From Takakia lepidozioides (taxonomy: Eukaryota; Plantae; Bryophyta): a stretch of DNA of 64,000 bases. Made by a program: the position numbers and the translations under genes. This document shows positions 12,201 through 23,282 of the stretch, piece after piece (position 1 is the first letter of the stretch; each line of letters starts with the position of its first letter). Under the pieces are notes generated by a model. The model had not been told where the DNA came from, made no database searches, and saw nothing but the letters and a program-made list of their open reading frames with translations. Location of the stretch: positions 11,966,001 through 12,030,000 of the forward strand of contig CM060732.1 in assembly GCA_030704615.1 (NCBI GenBank), in the 5' to 3' direction.

Positions 12201-14011
12201 CCAAAAACGAGGTGGTGTCCTTGACCGGGAACCTACAAATGAACACCCCCCAACACAGGTGCATGTCTCTCCCTGATTATCTGTTGGTATTGCAAAGTTT
12301 TTCTGGTCTTTTGTCTTCATTTGTTTCCCTGCATAGAGCACTCCTCTCTTGACACCTTTGTTTTTACATATTCTTTCAGTTTTCTTCTGTAGTTCTTCTG
12401 TCCATAGGCATGATGGGTTTCATGTGGATGTAATTAACAATTTTAGTCTTCTTCCCTTCACCTAAATGTGACCACCAGAAGTGCAAGCACAGCCCCATGT
12501 ATCCCCTCAGTGCTAGCCAGAGGGCTATGTTCTGCTCTTTGCTCACTGTACTGTCAGTGTGTAAACTGGATGCAACGGTCCCACATTGTACATTCATCTT
12601 TTCCAATGATGAGACTGACAATTGTGCAGGAAGAGATTGATAAAGTGGACAAGCAGCGAGAGGACGAGGAGTGGGGCATGCTCAGCAAAGAAGAGCAGGT
12701 ACGCTAAGAATCCTTGGCGGTAGGTTGACTATATTCCTCACACAAAGTATTTCTTACTGAGCCCTGCATTTTCCACCAAGTCAGTATGATTCAGGGTTGT
12801 TTTATGCAACCAACACAGAGTTTCGGAATAAATCTGCTAGCGCACTACTGGTCCACATTGTAGAGACCAGAGGATTGAAAAGAGGGATAGGGATGTACAC
12901 AATAGAGTTTGGGGGAGCATCCGCCATGGCATGCCCTTTGAGGGCATAGTCTCTCCAGTATAGTGACCCTCTTGGAGAGGTGGGTTGCAACCCAGTCATG
13001 GGATCTTCAGAAATCCAGCCTAAAATTGCCCTAGCCCTTGTGCACAGCCACTAATCCCATTTACCGCTAATCAAGTTCTGTTGAAGGACTGACATTGACA
13101 TTATACTGATGTCTTATCAGCACTGTGACGGTGAACTGGGGCAAGAATGTATAATAAACGTAGTCACTTATTATGCCCATGGGGGAACGATGCGGAAGTT
13201 AAGAACTGTCCACATGATGCGCTGAACAATGAACTGTGTAGGACTGAAGGAACCTCAAAAATACCAGCATGTCAATCAAACATCATAGTAGGAATGAATT
13301 GAAGTATTTATTTTCACCAGGAGAAAGTACATACTTCCTGTTGTAAATTATATGTCCTTCCTGAGACTAGTGCAAGATGTAAAACCTCTATCAACTTCCT
13401 CCATTATTGTGTTAATATGCTGGCAGGAAGAAAAGAGGAAGCTCGATGAAACTTTGCAACGGCTCCGGCTGGACAACCTTCGAAAATCACTTGCAGCAGG
13501 AAATGAAAATAACCGCCAGCACCCTACGCCTCTTGTGACATCCACATCTGATGCGCAGGCATCCCGCCACGCCACTAAGGTGGGAGGATCATTGGCCCGA
13601 TCAACGAATGGGGGTCGTCTCAGTATGGCACTGGGGACAGCATCGGCACGGGCTAACACAGTTGTCAAGGTCAAAGCAACAGGTTCCCAGAGTTCGATTG
13701 CAGCCACTGGAAGTAGTCCCATGGCTGCCAATCCTCTGGCCACTAACCCACTCAACTCAGCAAATCCTCCTCTTCAATCCTCATCTGTAAGCTCTCAGGC
13801 TCCCTCTTCAACACAACCGAAGGGAGTGAGCTCCCACTTCCCCAGGCCTAACAGACCGCCCTCACCGGGACCACTTAGGCCCCAAAGCCTGCCTTCTTCT
13901 TCCCCAACAAATCCCCTCAATGAGAATGCATCCGGCCCTAATGCACCGCCAGCTAGAAGATCGAGTTATAAAGCCAACCAAGTCACCAAGAGATCATCCA
14001 GCTCTGGGTGA
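207..14011 (+). CDS. PPP4R4: PP4 regulatory subunit 4-like (PPP4R4/CFAP14) HEAT-repeat protein, 3' part. Exons 207-352, 1510-1628, 1918-2037, 3218-3278, 12028-12258, 12630-12698, 13427-14011
   Basis: All introns are GT-AG and splice phases are consistent. The spliced peptide ...WRLQLSLLQAFPQFPEYITSDQIHDNFVPVCFRYMVEGVLPVKSAAALALAVFIRSNCKAVQRHELSQRVVKEYGQARSYWSRLIYIDFCENLLKIASSRMFKETFLDAAVLALQDPVPSVRMRAC... follows the recalled PPP4R4 motifs (SDQI, VLPV, QRHE, SYWxRL, DPVxxVRM). Stop TGA at 14009-14011; the 5' exons lie outside the window. Confidence 0.85.
590..1412 (-). mobile_element. 5'-truncated, degraded RTEX-like LINE in the first visible intron
   Basis: (GAAAT)n tail at ~590-612, 3'UTR shared with the other copies, and ORF 747-1277 with FRVGSHNLRIETGRW. 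Confidence 0.85.
1763..1826. repeat. Short interspersed repeat (~70 bp), copy 1; copy 2 at ~2478-2548
   Basis: aactgggcgcggggtc(t/a)atggc(c)acaaggctacgg...gtcttat(a/g)agta occurs twice; copy 2 interrupts a LINE fragment. Confidence 0.6.
2385..3105 (-). mobile_element. Cluster of three short LINE 3' fragments in the third visible intron
   Basis: LINE ORF2 3' sequence at 2385-2590 and 2765-3066; (GAAAT)n tails at ~2595 and ~3070. Confidence 0.75.
3534..6145 (-). pseudogene. LINE ORF2: partial AP endonuclease, reverse transcriptase and zinc knuckle, frameshifted
   Basis: GDFNAR, VDYLL and DSDH (EN); QAGFR, FVDFxKAxD, GVKQGCPLSP and LLYADD (RT); CPAC...EEHFFFYCP. Confidence 0.92.
6146..7334 (-). 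pseudogene. LINE ORF1 (coiled coil plus RRM/CTD-like nucleic-acid chaperone), one frameshift
   Basis: ORFs 6417-7334 and 6146-6499; the motifs LNIRVTG...LFIRFKD...MYLNDDLT are typical of LINE ORF1p. Confidence 0.8.
7490..10620 (-). mobile_element. Second RTEX-like LINE, 5'-truncated within EN, multiple frameshifts
   Basis: (GAAAT)n tail at 7490-7510; ORFs 7788-8132, 7910-8728, 8569-9057, 9162-9617 and 9797-10381 are paralogous to copy 1. Confidence 0.9.
10677..11930 (-). mobile_element. Third, older LINE RT fragment
   Basis: ELLYADDVVLL (11362-11583) and nucleotide similarity to the RT regions of copies 1 and 2. Confidence 0.8.
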
Positions 14012-15797
14012 TGCTGCAAAGATCTCTTAATAAGAAATATGCAACTCAAAGGTGAGCTCTTGGTTTAAAGCTTGTTAAGATCCTCCTGCAGCACATACAT
14101 AGTTCATCTATATAACAAATTCCAGGAGAGCATGTACTTACTGTCCGAAGATGAATTTTGGTGTGTGATTTGACTTGCACAATTGCAAGGAATCTAAGAC
14201 TACTTTCCTATTGCTAAGGTCTGTGACACCGAGACCCACTGCTTAGGAGTGCATCTCCTTAAGACTCTGGCAATTGTGGTGAAAGCTACTGACGAATCTG
14301 GAGCTGTATCGCACACTTTCCCACAGGCCTACCCCACAGGGCCACTACGGTAATCTCTGAGACTTGCCAATGTAATTTCTGCTTTAACCTCATGGCTCTG
14401 CCCGGGTTTATGTATTAGGTGGAGTCCTGCAACGAGGGCTTTACAATCAAAGATTCCATAGCCCTGAGGATGTGGGAATCTTGAGTAACATAAAGCCCGA
14501 GTTACACTTTAACTAACGTAAAAACTGTATTGTAGACTGTATGAAAAGAAATTTACTTGCCTATCTGCCCCTGATCTGACGCTACTGGCCTACCCCATGG
14601 GCTCCACCCCTTAACAGGACAGGGGGATCTTATGTACTGTGGATTGGGCCACCACCTTACCCGCCATAATGGCATGTGGGGAGCACGTTCCATAGCGCTA
14701 GGATTGCGTTTGCCGCCCTCATTGGCTTGCGAGTTCTAACCAAACATATTATGTTTCATAATGTGCTAGTGCAAAGGGTATAATGTGCTAGTGGCGATAG
14801 GCCTAGAATCCTGCATTTCCTCCAACTCGCCATACTAGCCACGCAAATCCTTAACGTGTAGGATGAGGCCCCAGGACTGGGCCTTCCTGAAATAGGGGCC
14901 CCCAACCCAGGCGGGCCTTGCGTAAAGAAACGGCAAGGATTTCGGATTTTGATGGCTGGGATTTTCTAGATGGGCAGGCTCACAACCTTAAGTGACGTAA
15001 GGTGCCTTCTCTCCCCGATAAGGGGATTGGTATCCCGTGAGCACAGCCAGAGCAAAAAGGACGTGGGCAGGAAAAAAAATAAAAATAAAAATAAACCAAA
15101 GTGAGCACGATCCACGGCTATAGGGATAATCTGTTTGCAAGCTGAAGTACAAGTCAAAGGGTCAGTTACATGGTCTATGAGTATATTTTAGCTAAAACCC
15201 TCTGGACATGTAATAAAACACAAATATCTAATAGTGAAATATTACTTTTAATATTATCATATTGTAAGCACCAGTATTTCGCTAGTGGGAAATACTCAAG
15301 TTTGGAGAGTTTCGCTGGGGAGCAAACAAAAAAGAAACAAAAAAACTCAACGAAAAAAAACTTTCTGTAAGTCTTTACTCTTTACACTATTTAAAGCCCA
15401 CAAATTACATATCTAACACTTCCAGTGCCAGCACACACTGTTGGAATCTCCCTCCAAATGGGGTGCGGTCAGATTCCGTTAAGTAAGAAAACGGAGGGAC
15501 CCATTTGCCTCTACGGGCAAATCCAATAGTCACGGATTCGACAACCAGTAACCCAACAGGAAAGCATTTGGTTCATTCAATCAGTATTCGAGCAGAGCGT
15601 TGCAATAGTGGGTGTGCACTGCCAGACAGTCATGCAATTCAAAAAATGGCCAGCGCTTCCCCAGATTGTCTTCTCAATGACTTATCAAGCGGCTCCGCCA
15701 CAAGAGGCTCTGTCCTTGCTCTTTCCTTCGGTGACTTTGGGATTGTTGTTCTATACTTCTTCTAGGGCTTCATGAATCATGCCCATCCACCCTCCAT

Positions 15798-15975
15798 AGA
15801 CTAGGCTTAATGAATAAGCCTAGTTCTCCCCTAGCCTCTAGGCAAGATGTCTCCACAATGCATCTATCCCTTGCTGGTCCCATCAACCCAGACTAGGCTT
15901 AATGGATAAGCCTAGTTCTCCGTTCTCGCCTGGCTCCGCCTAGGCAAGAAGTCTCCACAATGCCTCTATCCCTTG
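15798..15975. repeat. Tandem ~90-bp duplication, each unit with the hairpin actaggctta-N5-taagcctagt
   Basis: agactaggcttaatg(a/g)ataagcctagttctcc...aggcaaga(t/a)gtctccacaatgc occurs twice. Confidence 0.65.
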
Positions 15976-17165
15976 GGGACAGAGCCAACAAACTACAAAG
16001 AGCAACAAGCTCTGTGGACTTGGTGTGGATATATACTATGTTGTTTTACTGTACACTAATGGTAATTGCTCATTTTCTAGCATGTCAATACTTCCTGATA
16101 AGTTGGCATGACCAAGCACAACAACACCAATGAATGTTTTTGGACAGATAAGAAAGAGTCTTAACACGGTGTGATGTAGGGACAGTTGACCACATTTTCT
16201 CAACATGATGCAACGGCCATGTCTTAAGCAGTGTTTTTTTTAAGAAATTTGGAAAACAGCACGAGTGGCTACAGAGTTTTGCAGGAAATAGCCATTTATT
16301 CTGTTCATCCACTGTAATTCATCCACCTATGTGCCATCATCCATTATATCATCCATATTTGACAGAGCCAAAAAACAAAGAAGCTGCTCTTGAAGACATC
16401 ATGAAATACGCAATGATCGAAGGGTTTCTGTTCCCTGTTCCTTCAGATGAGAGATGCAATCGATCGATCCACAATACGAGCCTCTTTCCCAACAAGGCAC
16501 ACACCTCGAAATGGATTGGGCCTACCTATGGTCGGTCCTCAATGGGTTATATCCAGTATTGACGAAATCGTACAACATGAAAGAGGACAAGGTCGCGAGT
16601 AGGGGCGGCCATTCACTGGGCAGGTGGATGGAGAAGATGGGTGCACGCAATAACTTAGCCTGTACCATACAAAATCCTGTTCGAACACCCTGATTATTAG
16701 TGCCGCTTCTGCACCATTCCCCAAACCTCGACACAGCTGAGTCCCTCCCCTCATCCTTTACCGAAATGGTCAAGCGACTTTGGTACCTTTTTGCTGTAGA
16801 TGGGTCATGAAGATCACAAGATCCAAAACAGGTCGCAATAATTCAGAGCTCCGTCAATTATGTCAAACATTTCCTCAACATTCTGTTATTATGGGCACCT
16901 AACACGTACGGATTTTTTTAACTGAAACAGGGTGGGCTTATTATACTTGTGAATCCAACTCAAAACCTACTCTCCTTTCACAGTGGGTTACATGCAGTAC
17001 TTTGTAACCACCCGGCCAGGCTGGCCAGTGAGGTACACCACTGTCCTTGACGCATGGTGAGGGCTTTCGTGGCGGTGCTTCCCATCTACTCTCGTCTCAT
17101 CACTGGGCTAGGCCTCATGGAGCCATGAACTCATACTTATTAGATGTGAAGCCCTTACTCAGGCC

Positions 17166-17622
17166 TGTGATGCCCCAAACTTTCCTCATCACAGGTTTAC
17201 CTTATTCATCCAAAGCGGCGATACTCATTCGTAGTATAAATTTTTGGCTTAAAATACCGTTGAACCGTTACAAAGATATCATAGCCAGGGTTAGTTATGG
17301 CTTGTGGCTGCATCGTAGCCATTCAACAGATCTAGGGTTTTGATGTGGCGCCGCGAGCTCAGCCTGACACGCCTCGCCACGCGTCAGGAAGGCATGCAGC
17401 TAGGGTTTGTATAAAGTGGCGGCCTGACCTTGTGTCAGGCAGCTGATGTACTCTGGTGTATGTAGATGTGGAAAGCTGTCTGAATGCGATATATGTGTAT
17501 GATTTTCTGTCAGTTCGCTTGTTGAGATCCACCTCTCGCGTGCATGCACGCTCCTCTTGTTCTCTCCCCCTTGTTTGAAGAGCATTTGAGAGGATAGGCA
17601 GATATTCGTCCTGCTTCTTTTA
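17166..17622 (+). repeat. 5' LTR segment B (457 bp)
   Basis: Matches 40242-40698 with about 19 substitutions and 2 indels (hand count). Confidence 0.95.
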
Positions 17623-17640
17623 TGGTGGAGGCGCGCCGGG
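17623..17640 (+). promoter_or_regulatory. Primer binding site, probably tRNA-Ala
   Basis: TGGTGGAG directly follows the repeat and is complementary to the ...CTCCA-CCA 3' end of tRNA-Ala; only about 8 nt match. Confidence 0.6.
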
Positions 17641-17795
17641 TGTTTTCCTTGATCATTTAAACGGCGTGCTTAGGTTAAGATTAAGAGCTCCTCGGTGTCT
17701 TATAAAGATGGCGGCAGCCCACCACCCTGCAATGTATTTGCTTAGTGTTGAGTTATCTCCATGCTTGCTCGTTAATCTTGCTTATGTTTCAGACT

Positions 17796-18891
17796 ATGGC
17801 GTCTCATGTGTCGATTACTAGAAGTGTTGTTAATCTTGAAGGCGAGCGCTTGCATGTAGAGCTTGATCTGGTCGTTTCACTTTCTGCTTCATTTGCTAAC
17901 CCTCCTTCTTCCAGCACGCCGCCCTGCACTCTTGCCTTGCCCGTGTTGCCGGTGCGTGGAGATAATGTTGTTGATTCAGGTCTTGTTGTCACCTAGTCCT
18001 AGTGAAGAAGCTAATCTAGCTGCAGCCGAGGCTTGGACTGCGAGGTCTGGTTCATTGGATAGCCGTGATCCAAAGTATTACTTTGACAACTATCATGATC
18101 TAGGGCCCGATTACGTCTGTCCCAGAGAGCAGGAGCGAGAATTTGAGAGGGACATAGCTCGTTCACAGGAGTATGATGCTACAGTGTGTAACTTACTTTC
18201 TGTTGATCAATTTCGGTTTGACAAGATAGAGATTGCGGTGCAACGGGACATATCCTACTTCACTGAGAGTCGAGTTTCGGCGCCCAGACGACCTGACTCT
18301 GACCCAGCGGTGATCGTTGCGGACTCTCTCTCTGCGACAAGGCAAGTTGTGGCTTCGAGGAACACTGCTTGTTTGTCTCGTGATGTGGTCAAGTCCCGTT
18401 TCTTGAATCATCAGGCTCTGTCGTGGAAAGAACTGGGGCTTCATCTTCCTTTATCTATTGAACGTATTCACCGTGATTGGCTGGTTTCCTCCTTTGTCGA
18501 GCCATCTTGGCTGTCGTTAGCTCTCCGAGGTACGGGCTCTCTCGTTCTACGTCTTCTTCGTTTTCATCACGAGCCCAGCAAGGGTCAGCCACCGTCGATC
18601 GACCTGCTTCAAGGGCTGTCGTCGGATAGTCTGTTTGGCCGAGCTTCCGACATTGTCATTTTGCCAGGGACTTTATTTGACAATCAACGGCTTGTCGGAC
18701 CTGAGATGCTTGAAAATCTTGATCGCTTTCCTGTTGATTCAGTGCTATCTCGCATTTGGGATAAGGAGAACTCTACATGTGTGTCCTTTCGGGTTAAGAC
18801 CACGAGCATGTGGAAATGGTGGGCGCTCTCCATGCACGATTCTGACTCTCACGACATCACCAAGGTGATCTCCTGTTCGGACTGGCCTTGA
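17796..18891 (+). pseudogene. Extra ORF of unknown function upstream of gag (one frameshift near 17990)
   Basis: ORFs 17745-17996 and 17863-18891 lie between the PBS and gag; no recognisable motif. Confidence 0.55.
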
Positions 18892-19141
18892 ATTAAGGAC
18901 GATCGTGGTGTTGCGGGCTGCTGTAGCGGATTGCTACCCATCCCTGCTCACCGACTTTGGCTTAATCAGAACTCTTGTTGGTATTCGTTGCTTCCAGGTT
19001 ATCTCTCTACTATTCCTATATCTTGACATAGTTTAATCAGAACAAAATATTTTCTTGTTCGTGTTTGGACTCGTTGCTTCCTGTTGTATGGTAAGAAACA
19101 CTGTTAATACTTGGCTGAGGTCTAGGAGGCAACGTGTTGCG

Positions 19142-20972
19142 ATGGATGCTCCCGATCTGGCCACAACGGAATCAGCCCCTGTCGAGGTCAGAGAGCCGGG
19201 TCTTCCATCACCTACAGGTAATTTGAGTGACAATCCGCGAATGCAACATGGGATGGTAAGTCTACATGAGGGATCGCCTCTACCAGAGGCGAGTCTCTAT
19301 ACTGATTTGTCTTGTGAAGATGGTATTGTTTCCCAAGAATTAGATGATGTTCAGGTGACGCCCGCTGGTCTCACAAAGATAGTGCAATTTGAAGTTCCAA
19401 GGGTCACTATGTTGCCTGGCAATGGGCCTGTGGTGCCAAGTGTAGCTGGTACTGGTAATTTTGTCACTAATGAGGGCCTGTCCGCAGCTGCTGATCAGCT
19501 AGCCTCTACTCGACATATGGCCATGATGTCTGGCCTGTCTCAAGTTACAGGAGCCAGTCCTTTGGGTGGTATTTCCAGGCATGCCATCCATCCCCCTTCT
19601 TTAGACCCGATTGCTAGTGGTGTATGCAATGCAAATGTGCAAGTCCCAGTGGGAAGGGCTAATGTGAGCGGTATGCCAGCCCCGTCAAATGCTCGTGTCA
19701 ACGTAGCAACTGTTGCTGATTTGCCTGTTTCTATGGTGCATGTTCCTAATCCCGCTCTTGGGGGAGGAATTGGTGTGTCTGTGACTTCTAGATTGCATGT
19801 TGGCATGAATACTGCTTGTTCTAGCTCTAGTGTAGGCGGTCAGTCAGTCCAGCAATTGGGAAGGCCACCCATTCCCACCATGAGTGGGGTGGCTCCAAAC
19901 CAAGCAGCCATGGTCAGTCAAGCTGTTCAGTCAAGGCCTGTGTTTCATGCACCCCAGGTGGGCGTGACAACATTACCGCCTAGCCTGCCATCTTTGTCAT
20001 TTCAAGGTCCCTCTAATGTCATGAGTAACAACTATGTCACGGTTACTAGTGGGGTCCATGCTATGAATACAACCACCAATCAGACTTAGGCTATTGCTCA
20101 TTGCTGCCCGGCCCATGGATCTGCTCAGCCTGGTCACATGAATCATAGTCTGCCCTGTCATTTGCTTCCTCAGCTCACTACCCAGCCCTATCCAGAATAC
20201 ATAATGGGAGAAGACTTTGATAGATATCTCCAGATGTTTGAAGTGATTGCTAATGTGAATGGTGTGCCTGAGAATTTTAAAATGGCAATTTTTAGAATGA
20301 GCATGAAGGGACCAGCCCGTGACTTGTTGCATGCAACTGTCATGGATGACCCCCATCTCACTTGGGCATCCCTTGTGGAATGGGCTAAAACCCTGTTCAA
20401 ACCACCTGAAAGACCCTTGGACTGCTTCACCAAGTTGAGCTCCAGGACTTACCAGCCAGGAGAGTCCTTGTGGAAGTATTACATGGATCTAAAATTTGCT
20501 GCTGCAGAAAATATCATTGATCTAGCAGAACGTGATCGTATAGTGAAGACCTATTTTCTCCTTGGCTTGCCCCATGGTATTCAAAATTGGGCCCAACGTC
20601 GTCATTTTGTCAATGACAAAACTATGCTAGCTGAAATTAATCTTAAGATGGCAGACTTAGCTGACAGCAAATCAATGCAAACTCGTGCCAAGTTTCAAGC
20701 TCCAGTGGGCTCCGAGCTTGGCATGGCTGCAACATCTTCACCTTATGTCCCGCCTGATATGCAATATAAGTCAGATAATTTCACTCTTCAAGGGTTGGCC
20801 AACACAGTGGGTAGTCTAAGTGAGTCAGTTGCCACTCAGTTCGCTGCCATGCAAGCTCATCAGCAACGGTGGTAGCAACAGAGGTCGTACCCAAACTGGT
20901 CAGGCCTATGAAGGCAACCGAGCTGCATGCTACATATGTGGGTCTTCTGAACATTGGACCAAGCACTGCCCT
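19142..20972 (+). pseudogene. gag: Gypsy gag (low-complexity N-terminus, capsid-like core, CCHC knuckle); resumes at 35682 after the CACTA insertion
   Basis: In-frame ORFs 19055-20089 and 20138-20875 are separated by a TAG; RTYQPGESLWKY capsid-like motif; CYICGSSEHWTKHC at ~20927-20969. Confidence 0.85.
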
Positions 20973-21589
20973 CACTAGAAGCATTCGTGTCTTTTCCGAT
21001 TCGACTGCATGTCCGCGACCACTCCGGGAACCACTTGGTAGTAAACGGGACTACTGGAGAGTCGAAACAGACAATGTGGGCCCACGGGGGCATTTCAGAC
21101 GGCGGACAGAAGTGGGGTCAACGACTCCGGAGTCGTAGCAGAATTCCGAGCTATTTTATGAATTGCGTAAATACATAAAATTTGAAAAAAACCAAAATTA
21201 CAAGTGGTTGCAATTACTGTACATGCGACTACAAATTTTCTTTCCTAATTCGATTAATGGAATAAAGATATTTATTCATTAAAGTGAATATGTAGTCGAC
21301 TCAATTGGAAGATGAACCACTGCGCATTCATTGCACCCATGACTCGGCAGCACATTTGCTGACATGGCTTTCACAAAAAGAGGTAAACAAAATGTGGCCT
21401 TGGGGGAATAGATATTTTAATACGTGTTGCCTCCACCTGGCAAAGACAAGGATGCAAGTGCTGCATCGGACATGGCGGGACGTGGGAATGCAAATCCAGA
21501 CACGGCAAGGCCTTCGTATACTGTGAGCGCGCGTAGTGGCTTCTCAGAACGGTGTGACATCGGGGTCTTGGTCATTCAACATTTACAGA

Positions 21590-22460
21590 ATGTGCTGGAT
21601 GGAGGCACGATGGAGCGCGCATACGGGCATGCCCTTCTGGCATCAATTCCCAAGTATCCACGCAAGGTGAGGCTGCTGAATTGGGTTTTTGCCCGTCTAG
21701 TTTTCTGACAGCATGCTCGAAACGTTCATAGTGCCATTGAGTGGCATCGCAATAATTTGATGTGTAGCTGCTTTTCCATTTCACAAGTTATGCAGAAGGC
21801 GTCACAGAAGAAGATCGCAAAGACGTCAAGGCTGAAGAATATGCCCTTTGGTTGTGAACTACAATCATATCATGCCAAACCCCATTTTCCCCACGCAGAT
21901 GAGGGAGACATTCTGCATTTGCGAGTGGGACTTAATTCCTCTAAACCCAGCTTGAAGGCAGTTGTGACACCAGAGAAACTGGAAACTACCTCCAAGAAAG
22001 TTGAAACTCGCAAGATAGTCATGTATTCGTCTCATTATCTCCAACTGGGATTCCGAGTTATCATCCGACCCTTTACATGTGCGCTGGAATGGAGTATAAT
22101 TCTGGTTTAGGCAGTTATTGCCACCAGACGTTCGCTTCTCCAATTTTTACATTTAAGGATGTGTCTGTGTTTATGGCACTCTTTCTCCCAAGGAGGCCTG
22201 AGTACCCCCCTGTACTTGCAAGAATTTGATGTGTAGCTGCTTTTCCCTTTCATAAATTATGAAGAAGCAGTCACAGAAGAAGATCGCAAAGAGGTCAAGG
22301 CTGAAAGCGTTCATTAAGGTTGTGAACTACAATCATATCATGCCAAACCAGCGGCGGCAGATGGTGTCATGAGACATTCTGCGATTTGCGCATAGGTGGA
22401 CTTAATTTTGATGTTGACTTGAAGGCAGTTGTGACACCAGTGAAACTGGAAACTACAGGT
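21590..22460 (+). pseudogene. RPL27: Captured fragments of 60S ribosomal protein L27 (eL27), partly duplicated
   Basis: DGGTMERAYGHALLASIPKYPRK, then an intron-like gap, then QKKIAKTSRLK; second copy KKQSQKKIAKRSRLKAFIKVVNYNHIMP...DVDLKAVVTP. Confidence 0.8.
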
Positions 22461-23282
22461 AAGATGATGGCGTGCTGCATCGCGACATAAACCTGCATTT
22501 GACATTCAGGCTTAGGATTCATGCAATTTGGTGCTAGTCAGGCCTGCACAGTTCCAGAGCACAAGTGGGAGCCCATCCGAGGGAACCTCGTAAGTGCTTC
22601 TTCATTTTGTACTCACCTTGTTTTTGCATCGCACTTGTGCTACAAGGGGCAGAGCCATTCATTTGGCTGGAGGTTCAATTCCTCTACAAGTGAGCTATTC
22701 CCGTGTCACTACAATCAGTTAGATGTGTTTGTGGTGGTTGCTGGATTTGCGGCTCTGGGGTGTCTTGCCAAGTGCTTGCAGGGATCAACGTTAATGTGGA
22801 CGTGGCAGTACATGTAGCAAAAAAGCTCATTCACTGGTGAAGAAGACCATGTTGCAACATATGTCATGCTATTGCTTCGAGAGTGCTGCTGTTGGGCAGG
22901 TGGGAGAATGCAACAACGGTGAGAAGGAAAGCAAGGGAAGCACAAAAGGTGTCGTTCGGTCCTGCTCCTTTGGAGACACCCCCCATTCCACTGGTCTTTG
23001 TTCCTGGAAAGCATGCAGCTGGGCCAGAAAATGCATGCACACATTCACGTCTACTTCCCGTACATGAAGACGATCCTCTCCTCACATGTCAGAAACAATA
23101 TTGGCAGAACAAAAAAAGGTTTGTTCACAAGACAGTACGGACCACATACCGGGACATTATCGATACTATTAACTGTCTCGCCCTTGCGCGCTTGCAGGAC
23201 TGTACAAAATGGGTTCTAAGGACAGTAAGAGTCCTTAGCATAGCTCTCGTCTATGAGCTGCTGGCTTAATGGACACTGAGAT

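Noticed and set aside
16329-17100. Short ORFs as a decayed gene or TE
   Set aside because: No motif could be recognised; left unannotated.
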